Assembly: GCA_050239825.1 (NCBI GenBank)
Contig: JBFXGO010000003.1
Coordinates: 1-21,266 of the forward strand
DNA length: 21,266 nucleotides
Origin: a bacterium
Lineage (GTDB): Bacteria > Hydrothermota > 32-111
Reading direction: 5' to 3'
The position numbers were made by a program, and so were the translations under genes. Shown here one piece after another: positions 8,742 to 17,390 of this stretch. The first letter of the stretch is position 1. Every line of letters starts with the position of its first letter. The notes below the pieces were generated by a model that was not told the origin of the DNA, did no database searches, and was given only the letters and a program-made list of their open reading frames with translations.

Positions 8742-9907
8742 TGGAAGAAAGAAAAAAACTCAAAATTCTGCTTGTATCCGATATGTATTATCCTCTTCCG
8801 GGCGGCATACCGGAACATATACACCATCTATACATAGAAATGAAGATGATGGGGCACACTGTTCACATACTTACAGGCAAATCTTTTAAAGAAGTCAAGA
8901 GCGAAAATTCCGACATAAAGAGATACGGAATGTCGGTCTCTGTACCGGCCAACAAATCCTTCGCGCATGTGACCATAGGATTTAAAATGTTTTTTGACAT
9001 AAAAAACCTTCTGCAGAAAGAAAACTATGATGTGATACACATCCACGGAGCATTGGCTCCGACTCTTCCTCTCGCCATCCTCTTCTTTTCAAACACAACC
9101 AATGTGATTACATTTCATGCATCATTTGAGAGATCTATCGGATATGAAGTTTTAAAATCACCTCTGACAAAGTTCTTTCAGAGGATTGACGGCGTAATAG
9201 CAGTTTCCACAGAGGCAAAGAGATCTGTTTTCAAGTATTTCCCAAGTGATTATGAAGTAATTCCCAACGGAGTGGATACAAAGAGATTTTCCAATGAGAA
9301 TCCCAAGCTTGAGAAATATATAGACGGAAGAATAAATATTCTTTTTGTAGGCAGACAGGACCCGAGAAAAGGAATTAAATACCTTTACAAAGCAATGGAC
9401 TATCTTATCGAACAAGTGCCTGACATAAGGTTGATAGTTGTTGGAAGAGGATTCCTTAAATCTTATTACGGGCTTTCGATAAGCGATAAAGCAAAGAAGC
9501 ATGTCGTATTTGAAAATTATGTTGATTGGGCGCTGTTACCTTCATATTATTCAACTGCTAATGTTTTCGTCTCCCCAGCGATTGGGGGAGAGAGTTTCGG
9601 AATAGTTCTCATTGAAGCTATGGCATCCGGAGTTCCAGTGCTGGCGAGCAACATAAGAGGATATAGGCAGGTGGTAGATCACAAAAAAAACGGGTATCTT
9701 GTGAAGCCGAAAGACCCCAAAGCCATTGCAGATGGAATTCTTGAAATACTTTATAATCCGGAGCTCAGGAAGTCTTTAGTGGAAAATGGCTTGAAGACAG
9801 CAAAAATGTATGATTGGAACAAAGTTGCAAGGGATGTTCTTTCATTTTACTTTAAAACCATTGAAAAAAAAGAGAGAGAACACAAGCGGCTTAGAAGGTG
9901 GTTTTAA
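8738..9907 (+). CDS. GT4 glycosyltransferase, PimA-like
   Basis: N-terminal YYPLPGGIPEH, TFHA, VIPNGVD, FVGRQDPRKG, GGESFGIVLIEAMASG (Ex7E). Confidence 0.9.
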   Translation: MMEERKKLKILLVSDMYYPLPGGIPEHIHHLYIEMKMMGHTVHILTGKSFKEVKSENSDIKRYGMSVSVPANKSFAHVTIGFKMFFDIKNLLQKENYDVIHIHGALAPTLPLAILFFSNTTNVITFHASFERSIGYEVLKSPLTKFFQRIDGVIAVSTEAKRSVFKYFPSDYEVIPNGVDTKRFSNENPKLEKYIDGRINILFVGRQDPRKGIKYLYKAMDYLIEQVPDIRLIVVGRGFLKSYYGLSISDKAKKHVVFENYVDWALLPSYYSTANVFVSPAIGGESFGIVLIEAMASGVPVLASNIRGYRQVVDHKKNGYLVKPKDPKAIADGILEILYNPELRKSLVENGLKTAKMYDWNKVARDVLSFYFKTIEKKEREHKRLRRWF

Positions 9908-9908
9908 T

Positions 9909-10745
9909 TTGCCTATCTATCTGATACTTTTGATTCCAGCGCTCTATGTATTTGGATGGTTATATTGGTTTATAAAACATAAATCTCCCAACGGCAATCT
10001 GCCGAAAATAATTTCATTCCATAAAATATCGGATACTCCCGAACTTGGAGGAACATTCAACACGACTTCCCAGTTTGAAAGCTTTATGAAATGCCTTCAT
10101 GAAGAAGGTTATACGACGCGAGGGATTACCGAATCAATAGAGAATGTTCATGAGAAGAATATTCTGATTTTTTTTGATGACGCATATGAAAATATATATC
10201 TGAAAGCTTTTCCAGTAATGAAAAAGTACGGATTTACGGGTGTTCTCTGTCCGATATCAGATTATGTGGGAAAGAGAAATCTTTGGGACAGGGGAGTCAA
10301 CAAATTCAAACATATGAATCCTGCTCAGCTGAAGGAAATGTCAGAGAGAGGTTTTGAAATTATTTCCCACTCTAAGACCCACAGAGATTTAAGAAAACTT
10401 AACAGCAGAGAACTTACAATCGAGGTAGTTGATTCTAAGAGGGAGCTTGAAACAATGCTTTGCAGGAATATTGATTATTTCATCTACCCTTTCGGCCTTT
10501 ACGATGAGAGAGTGAAGAAGGCAGTTCGTGAAGCAGGCTACAAAGGCGCATTTGCGTCATACAATTACAGAAATGATTATCTTGATAAATTCGCCATTGG
10601 AAGAAATACAATGTACATAATAGATTCGGTTTTTGATTTGAAAATAATTCTAAACAGGAGTCCCCTTGTTTTATTCGGTCATGAAGATCAGAAGGGAAGA
10701 ATAATAAATTGGTTCAGCAGATTTTCATCTGTTATAAAAGTATGA
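9909..10745 (+). CDS. membrane-anchored polysaccharide deacetylase (CE4/NodB, PgaB/IcaB-like)
   Basis: N-terminal hydrophobic helix, then FH, FFDDAY, SHSKTH, YPFG and GR motifs. The likely start is TTG 9909, after the SD-like AAGGTGG. Confidence 0.88.
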   Translation: MPIYLILLIPALYVFGWLYWFIKHKSPNGNLPKIISFHKISDTPELGGTFNTTSQFESFMKCLHEEGYTTRGITESIENVHEKNILIFFDDAYENIYLKAFPVMKKYGFTGVLCPISDYVGKRNLWDRGVNKFKHMNPAQLKEMSERGFEIISHSKTHRDLRKLNSRELTIEVVDSKRELETMLCRNIDYFIYPFGLYDERVKKAVREAGYKGAFASYNYRNDYLDKFAIGRNTMYIIDSVFDLKIILNRSPLVLFGHEDQKGRIINWFSRFSSVIKV

Positions 10746-11680
10746 AAAAGAAAGCAATGCTTGTTGATTACATATTCTTATTGAGACCTTCGATTCAGGC
10801 GGCTTTGTGGACATTTCTTTTCGCAGGAAGCTATCTTTACAATAAACGGGCATCCTCTTTGTCCGTTTTCTCATTTAATATGACCTTTGAATTTGCGCTT
10901 GGCCTTTTGGGCTATACCCTTATTATGGGTTCTGTCTATGTTTTAAATCAGATAAGCGACATTGACACGGACACATTGAATAAAAAACTCTTCCTTCTCT
11001 CGGAGGGAATCATTTCAAAGAGGAGCGCATACATTTATTCTCTTCTCTGCTTGATTGTAGGATTCTCAATATTCATATTTTCAGGTTTGTTTTCCATAAA
11101 CACAATTATCCTTGTTGTTGTCTCTTATATTATGGGCATACTTTATACAGTAAGACCCTTCGAATGCAAGAGAAGGCCTTTTATTGATTTAATTCTCAAC
11201 GGAATCGGGTACGGCTTTATAGCACCGCTGATAGGTTTTGAGACTGCCGGCGGAGCGCTTGATGCGAGGGCGGCGGTTGAAACTATTCCGTATGTTTTGT
11301 CGATGTCTGCAGTATTTATAAATACAACACTTATGGATTATGATGGAGACAAGGCGGTTGGAGCCTTGACAACGGGAGTTTTTCTGGGTGTGAGAAGGTC
11401 ACTTGTTCTATCTTCCTCTCTGATGCTCTTGTCTGCGGCAACTGGCTTTGTATTGAAAGACTATATTCTTTTTGCCTGCGCTTTTTATTCTCTATTATTA
11501 TTCATCTATGCATCTATATCCAGGAGCAGAAAGTCAATAGACCGAAGCGTAAAATTCACATCCCCGGCAATGACCCTTGCATTTGGAATTCTCTTTCCTG
11601 AGTTTTTAATAATGTCATTGATTGTCCTGTCTGCGATATTTATGTATTACAGGTTCAGATTCAATATGAAGGTAGTATGA
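10742..11680 (+). CDS. UbiA-superfamily intramembrane prenyltransferase
   Basis: Multiple transmembrane segments, LLRP, first Asp-rich motif NQISDIDTD..NK, Y..RPF..KRRP and second motif DYDGD. ATG 10742 overlaps the upstream TGA. Confidence 0.88.
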   Translation: MKKKAMLVDYIFLLRPSIQAALWTFLFAGSYLYNKRASSLSVFSFNMTFEFALGLLGYTLIMGSVYVLNQISDIDTDTLNKKLFLLSEGIISKRSAYIYSLLCLIVGFSIFIFSGLFSINTIILVVVSYIMGILYTVRPFECKRRPFIDLILNGIGYGFIAPLIGFETAGGALDARAAVETIPYVLSMSAVFINTTLMDYDGDKAVGALTTGVFLGVRRSLVLSSSLMLLSAATGFVLKDYILFACAFYSLLLFIYASISRSRKSIDRSVKFTSPAMTLAFGILFPEFLIMSLIVLSAIFMYYRFRFNMKVV

Positions 11681-12642
11681 AAAGAATTATAATCGTTACT
11701 GCTGTTATATTTTGTATTTTCCTTGAAGCAAAACCCGTTTACTATGATGATGTAAACAAAATGTTGTTTGAACTGTATTCTCAGAGGTATGATAAGGCAT
11801 CGGCTCTTGCTGAATCAACAGGAGTGAAGTATCAAAAGACCATAATATCGGATTTTCTCAAAGCAGGAATATTCTCAACATACATGAGTGATTTTGAAAC
11901 CGACACTTTATGGGATTCTTTGAAAAAGTACTCTGAAAAGGTTATAAAGAATCATGATCCTAAATCTGCTTACGAAGTATTCTTTGCCGGCGGAGCTTAT
12001 CTTTACAGAACATATTTTTATGTGTGGAGAAATGATTACAACAACACGATTACAAATGCTATGAATGCCCTGAAATACTTCAACCGCTCGATATCCTTGG
12101 ACGAAAAGCTCTATGACGGCTATCTTGGGCGCGGTATAGTCAATTACTTCATAAATAAATTCAAAGACAAGGTTCCGTTTTTGAGCTCTTCAGGCGACGG
12201 TATAAAGGAGATAGAGCTTGCGGCGGATTCCGGTCTTTTCACTAAAATTCCTGCAATGGATGTTCTTGCCATGCTCTACTCAATGGACGGAAAAGAAGAG
12301 GAATCAGAATCCATATCCGTATATCTCAGAGAAAAATGGCCTGAGAATAGAATGTTCATGTTCACTCACATAAAGGCGCTTCTATCATCAAACCAGAACA
12401 AAAAAGCGGCGGTTGAACTTGAAAATCTCAAAGAAAATCTGGAACTCAATCAGAGGAAAACCTATGTGAATCTTGCATTTGTCTATTACAATCTGAGCGA
12501 AGTTTATTACAGAATGAATGAATATGAAAACTGCAGAGAAAATCTTTTAAAACTCAAAAAACTGAAGCTCCTGACAAAAGAGAAGAGAGTCATGAAATGG
12601 GTGAAAAAGGGAGATGACCTGCAGAAGAAGATAAAAGAATGA
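11677..12642 (+). CDS. secreted all-helical (TPR-like) hypothetical protein
   Basis: Signal peptide MKRIIIVTAVIFCIFLEA and TPR-like segments (ALKYFNRSISLDEKLYDGYLGRG; YYNLSEVYYRMNEYENC). ATGA-coupled on both sides. Confidence 0.7.
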   Translation: MKRIIIVTAVIFCIFLEAKPVYYDDVNKMLFELYSQRYDKASALAESTGVKYQKTIISDFLKAGIFSTYMSDFETDTLWDSLKKYSEKVIKNHDPKSAYEVFFAGGAYLYRTYFYVWRNDYNNTITNAMNALKYFNRSISLDEKLYDGYLGRGIVNYFINKFKDKVPFLSSSGDGIKEIELAADSGLFTKIPAMDVLAMLYSMDGKEEESESISVYLREKWPENRMFMFTHIKALLSSNQNKKAAVELENLKENLELNQRKTYVNLAFVYYNLSEVYYRMNEYENCRENLLKLKKLKLLTKEKRVMKWVKKGDDLQKKIKE

Positions 12643-13733
12643 AAAGAATTCTTCTTGTTTCATACTATTACCCACCATATCCTTATGGCGGGTCTCTCAG
12701 ATTTAAGATGTTTTTTGAAATGTTGAAAAAAAATGATTATGATGTGAGGCTCGTGACTTCGGGAGATAAAGATTATTATGATTCTGAAAGCAAAATACTA
12801 TATATAAAAGACTCATTCAGAAGAGAGCGTATTGACATGCGAGGAAGCATTTTAAGAGCTCTCAACCCGCTCCCGGACACAATGCTTCTATGGTCTAAAA
12901 ATGCTGTGAGAGCAATGGGGAGAGAGTATGATGCTCTTGACTCAATAATTATCACAGCTCCTCCATTCTCACTACCTCTTTTGCTCGCATCAAGATTTTC
13001 AAAAGAAAAGCTTTCAAAAGTTGTTCTTGATATCAGAGATCTTCTATATGATGGAGCCCTTAGAGATTACAGATTATTGTATCCGAAACTGGCGGACAGA
13101 TATTTTGAAAAACTCATATTTTCCAAATTTACAAGATTTACCACCAATGTTGAGAATCACTGCAGAATAATAAAAAAGCGGTATGATATTGAGGCGAAGC
13201 TTGTGATGAATTCATCCGATGATTATACTCCTAAACTTATGGAGTTAAAGCATCCTGCGTTTGTGTATGCCGGAAAGATTGACAAATTAAGATTCAATAA
13301 AGAGTTTTTCAAAGGTTTTGAAATTTACTCTGAAAAGAATCCCGGATTTCTTTATATAGCTGGCGAAGACAAGTCAAACCTTCTGCCAAAGCAGAATCCC
13401 AGAATAATTTATCTCGGACAGATTGCAAGAGAGAGAGCCGAAGATCTGATATATTCCTCCGATGCCTGCGTAATGATGCATGATTTCAATATAAGAGACA
13501 GGGAATCAGTCTTTTCATATAAGATAACCGACTACTCGAAACACAAAAAGCCCGTTATATACTCAGGGCCGGTGACTGCTGCGTCAAAGTTCATAGACAG
13601 TGAACATATAGGGATAACAATCAACATGAGAGAGCCCCGCTTGATAGCGGAAGCTTTGAAAAATATCCTCTCATTCAAGCCAAATGATGTCTCCCGCATA
13701 TTCAAAAGTTCATTTGAAGAAATTATCAGTTAG
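12639..13733 (+). CDS. GT-B fold glycosyltransferase (divergent GT4-like)
   Basis: ILLVSYYYPP..GGSLR, ITAPPFS, DIRD, FVYAG, YLGQI.R, SDAC, YKITDY..KKPVI. Confidence 0.78.
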   Translation: MKRILLVSYYYPPYPYGGSLRFKMFFEMLKKNDYDVRLVTSGDKDYYDSESKILYIKDSFRRERIDMRGSILRALNPLPDTMLLWSKNAVRAMGREYDALDSIIITAPPFSLPLLLASRFSKEKLSKVVLDIRDLLYDGALRDYRLLYPKLADRYFEKLIFSKFTRFTTNVENHCRIIKKRYDIEAKLVMNSSDDYTPKLMELKHPAFVYAGKIDKLRFNKEFFKGFEIYSEKNPGFLYIAGEDKSNLLPKQNPRIIYLGQIARERAEDLIYSSDACVMMHDFNIRDRESVFSYKITDYSKHKKPVIYSGPVTAASKFIDSEHIGITINMREPRLIAEALKNILSFKPNDVSRIFKSSFEEIIS

Positions 13734-13754
13734 AAATCTTGTTAAGTTTATATA

Positions 13755-13782
13755 TTGACTTTACCCTGATAAATATTAAAAT
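13755..13782 (+). promoter_or_regulatory. sigma70-type promoter for the lipoprotein-OmpA-purN-lnt-gltX run
   Basis: TTGACT (13755-13760), 16 bp spacer, TAAAAT (13777-13782) in an AT-rich gap. RBS AAGGAGG at 13796-13802. Confidence 0.6.
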
Positions 13783-13806
13783 AATAAGTTAAGCAAAGGA
13801 GGTCAG

Positions 13807-14895
13807 ATGAAATTTAATAATTCTCTTATTTTTTTAGTTTGTTTTCTTGTTTTAGTATCCCTCTCATTCGGATGCTATATAATTCCGAAGAATGTTCCTT
13901 TAATTGAGAATATAACATACAGCATTCCCTTGGGTGACACTCTTCTTACTGCTCTTGAAGTTTCAGAGAGCTACTCGGATAGAGACACGATACGAGGAGA
14001 CACAATTTTTGTCAGAACAGAGACTGTTGTGTGGAGAAGGAACATCAAAGATTACACTAAGGATACAATACGAATAAGCATCAACATTGAAGAACTTTTG
14101 CCAGAAGAGGTGATAGACACAAACCCTGATTCGACTTATTTTACCTCTACAGTTGACAAGGTGGAGAATTATGTGAGATTCTGGGGCGAGGTTCCTTTCA
14201 CCACAGGGGCTCACCTTATTCACTCAATGTACTCAGATGGAATACTTAAACGTGTTGACACGATTGATGTACTTCTGCAGCAGACAACGGAGCTGGATAC
14301 CGTTTATCAGTATGTGGCTTATGACTTTCCATTCGGAGAGTATTTTCACATTATTGACATTGTTATTGATTCCGGTCAGACAATCATTGATTCTGTTCAG
14401 GGATATTCAATGATAGCATGCAAATTTGCTCTTACGGGAGACAGGGTCATGACTGTTATAAAGGAGCAGGAGCTTCCATTTACTCCGCCTGCGGACAGTC
14501 CTCTGCACATGATAAATTGGGTTAGGGTCAATCTGAATATATGGAACAGAGTCCCGTTTGCTTCAAATTTCATTCTTTTTTTAATTGACTCTATGAACAA
14601 TGTTATTTTCAATGACACATTCTATTTAAACTCCGTTAGCAAAGATTCAATCGGCATCGGCATAGGCGAAGGAGCTTATTCCAATTTCAATCTGCACCTT
14701 GATGAAAAATTGGAAGATTTGTTCAGATATTCAACTATAAAAGCAAAAGCGCGGCTTGAGATACCCGCTCCAGACGATGAGAATGTTTTTATCACTCCTG
14801 AAGATTACATACGGGTGCAGGGCGCAATACAGATAAATCTTGATTATGATTTTTCATTCATGCCCGACAATGACTCGCTTGGAGGCACAAAATGA
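13807..14895 (+). CDS. hypothetical acidic, beta-rich lipoprotein
   Basis: Signal peptide ending in the lipobox-like LSFG-C and a strong RBS. No family recognised. Confidence 0.75.
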   Translation: MKFNNSLIFLVCFLVLVSLSFGCYIIPKNVPLIENITYSIPLGDTLLTALEVSESYSDRDTIRGDTIFVRTETVVWRRNIKDYTKDTIRISINIEELLPEEVIDTNPDSTYFTSTVDKVENYVRFWGEVPFTTGAHLIHSMYSDGILKRVDTIDVLLQQTTELDTVYQYVAYDFPFGEYFHIIDIVIDSGQTIIDSVQGYSMIACKFALTGDRVMTVIKEQELPFTPPADSPLHMINWVRVNLNIWNRVPFASNFILFLIDSMNNVIFNDTFYLNSVSKDSIGIGIGEGAYSNFNLHLDEKLEDLFRYSTIKAKARLEIPAPDDENVFITPEDYIRVQGAIQINLDYDFSFMPDNDSLGGTK

Positions 14896-17390
14896 AAAAA
14901 GCAATTCTTGCATGCTTAATTATTTTTATCTTGACGCTCTCACTCGGCGCAACATTCGGTTATATGAATTCGCCTCTGACTACGGGTTCATACTCATTGT
15001 TTTACAATCCGTCTTTTTTAGGCAGAACCGACACGCCGTGGTACTCATGGGAGCTTCTCAGATTCAGAACCGGATTTTCAAATGATCTGATTTCCCCGGC
15101 ATTCACCGCGTATATCTTTGAAAATGCCGCCTCTACCAGTCTGCTGGAGCTTCCGACCGACACCATCGATGATGAGAAGAAACAGAGAATACTTCATGAT
15201 ATAAGCGATTACTTCAATGTTGAAGAGCATTTGGAATTGAATCTTCTTCCTCTTGGTCTGAAATTCGGTTTGTTCGCTATGGCTACAGAGGTCAGGGAAG
15301 CCGCATATATACAGATTCCCGATGCCTTCTTTGATATTATGCTCTACGGCAATCAATTTGACTCTACTTATGATTTTCACGATTTATACATAGAGAATCA
15401 GACAATATCGCAGGTAGCTATGGGTCTTGGCGGAGGAGTTGACCTTGAAGGCAGCGGAAGACTAAACTTCGGTCTTGCGCTTTCATACCTGACAGGATGG
15501 GAATACCTAAGACTTTCTGCTGATTCATTCTTTTTTGAATCAGATTCAACTCATTTAAGAATCGTGACAAGGATGAATCTTGATTTGGCGCTTCCTTTGC
15601 CGACGAATAATATTCAGGATTATTCCAGTATTGGTGATTTCATAGATACGGTGATGTTTGATTCTCCTCCCGGGCACGGTTTCGACATAAACGCCGGAGT
15701 CTGCTGGAACATTAATGACCAGTGGATGGTGGAGGGCTCCTTCAATCACATATTTTCGAGAATATTCTGGAGGAATAATGCGCACAGATATACATTCTTC
15801 CTCGCAACAGATTCATTGAATGTAATAAATGTGCACAGAATACTCACTTCTTATGATTCGCTTCCCGACTCAATGAGAAGTGATTCAATTATCCACGCGC
15901 TTTTGGGAGATTCTCTTATTATAGGAGATAATGAATTTGTAAGCATTGTAGAACCAGAGATAAATGCAGGAGTTTCATATACGATGCCGTATCTTCCCCT
16001 TAATCTGTTCGGCAGGTACACGCAGGGATTTAAGAACACAGCATTTTCATCAAAGGTTCCGCAGTTCACTTTCGGTCTTCAATATACCGCATGGAACTTT
16101 TTGCTCCTTGAAACAATGTTTGCTCTCGGAGGAAAAGAATCCTTCAACTTCAATCTGGGAATAGGATTCAATTTCGACAATTACACTTCAGATATAAATG
16201 TCACTCAGGACCGAGGCGCTTTCTATTATCAGAAGGGTATTCATCTCGGCGGTTCAAACTGCTCACATTCGAGAATATACTCTGTATATAGCGGAACTGT
16301 TATTGATTCGCTGACGGGCTTGCCGCTTAAAGCAAAGGTTACAATGTTCAGAATACCCGGAAAAGTTGTTGATACAACATTAACTGACTCATTAGGCAAC
16401 TTCATAAAAAAGATGCAGAAGTCGACAGTCAAAGTAGTAGTGACTGCAGATAAGTATGATACGATAATTGACTCGTTCTATATCAGGACAAACGGAAGGG
16501 TCGACAAAATCTACAAACTCAATCCTTCAATGGGCACTCTGACAGTGCAGGTGATAAGCGGCATAACAAAGAAGCCTATTGAGAATGCCTCAGTGATATT
16601 TACCGACGGAGACACTCTGGCTACAGATGATAGAGGAGAGGTGGAAAAACCTCTTGATGAGGGAATACACGCTGTCACAGTCAAATCCGCCGGAAGGGAT
16701 GATGTTGTCTTTACAATAGAGATTGAGAGAGGCAAGGATGTCTCTCATCTTGTAGAGATGTATCCTACTCACGGAAAGCTCTTTGTCAAAACATACAATG
16801 CAACGACGAAGGAGCCCGTAAAGTCAATGATAAAGATTTACACCCTTGACATGAAGACTCTTGTCGATTCATTTGAAAATACAGATGCAGGAGCAGACAC
16901 ATCAAAGGGCATTAAGAAGGGCTTCTATAATGTCAGAATAGACCCGACTGTTCCCAAATACATAAAACAGGATAAGTACAACATTGAGATAAAGGGCGGA
17001 CTCGTGGAGGAGCTGGAAGTGGGCCTTCTCAAAGAAGCGATGGTTTTTGTCTTCAACAACATTCTGTTTGATTACAATAAAGCCACACTTAGAAAAGAGT
17101 CCTATCCTGTCTGTGATTCTCTTGCGATGATTATGAAGGAAAATCCTTCAATCAAAGTAGAGATAGGCGGACACACGGATTCAAGAGGCTCTTCAAGCTA
17201 CAACAGAAAACTCTCACAGTCAAGGGCTGAATCCGTAAGGAACTACCTTATAAGCAAGCATCAGATTGATGCCAAGAGGATACTCGCCACAGGCTATGGA
17301 GAGGGTGTGCTCCTCATCTCTCCCGAAAAGAATGAAGCTGACTATCAGACAAACCGGCGCGTTGAATTTAAGGTCCTGAAAGGAGAGTGA
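14892..17390 (+). CDS. OmpA-family fusion: N-terminal FadL/DUF5723-like beta-barrel, about three carboxypeptidase-regulatory-like beta-sandwiches, C-terminal OmpA-like peptidoglycan-binding domain
   Basis: Signal peptide; SLFYNPSFLG; amphipathic strands; repeats G.VIDS.TG.PL / GTL.V...TKKPI / GKL.V...TKEPV; C-terminal ILFDYNKA, IGGHTDSRG..YN..LS..RA.SV, GYGE, NRRVEF. Confidence 0.85.
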   Translation: MKKAILACLIIFILTLSLGATFGYMNSPLTTGSYSLFYNPSFLGRTDTPWYSWELLRFRTGFSNDLISPAFTAYIFENAASTSLLELPTDTIDDEKKQRILHDISDYFNVEEHLELNLLPLGLKFGLFAMATEVREAAYIQIPDAFFDIMLYGNQFDSTYDFHDLYIENQTISQVAMGLGGGVDLEGSGRLNFGLALSYLTGWEYLRLSADSFFFESDSTHLRIVTRMNLDLALPLPTNNIQDYSSIGDFIDTVMFDSPPGHGFDINAGVCWNINDQWMVEGSFNHIFSRIFWRNNAHRYTFFLATDSLNVINVHRILTSYDSLPDSMRSDSIIHALLGDSLIIGDNEFVSIVEPEINAGVSYTMPYLPLNLFGRYTQGFKNTAFSSKVPQFTFGLQYTAWNFLLLETMFALGGKESFNFNLGIGFNFDNYTSDINVTQDRGAFYYQKGIHLGGSNCSHSRIYSVYSGTVIDSLTGLPLKAKVTMFRIPGKVVDTTLTDSLGNFIKKMQKSTVKVVVTADKYDTIIDSFYIRTNGRVDKIYKLNPSMGTLTVQVISGITKKPIENASVIFTDGDTLATDDRGEVEKPLDEGIHAVTVKSAGRDDVVFTIEIERGKDVSHLVEMYPTHGKLFVKTYNATTKEPVKSMIKIYTLDMKTLVDSFENTDAGADTSKGIKKGFYNVRIDPTVPKYIKQDKYNIEIKGGLVEELEVGLLKEAMVFVFNNILFDYNKATLRKESYPVCDSLAMIMKENPSIKVEIGGHTDSRGSSSYNRKLSQSRAESVRNYLISKHQIDAKRILATGYGEGVLLISPEKNEADYQTNRRVEFKVLKGE

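Noticed and set aside
1965..10741. Long apparent gene overlaps from ORF-track starts at 1965, 2837, 6152, 9810 and 10709
   Set aside because: These are artefacts of choosing the most upstream start. Coupled starts at 2040, 2891, 6218, 9909 and 10742 fit better.
9683..12733. A8 runs in the glycosyltransferase genes (9683-9690, 9864-9871, 12726-12733) as phase-variation tracts
   Set aside because: They are short, in-frame Lys codon runs expected in an AT-rich genome. Similar runs occur in pnp.
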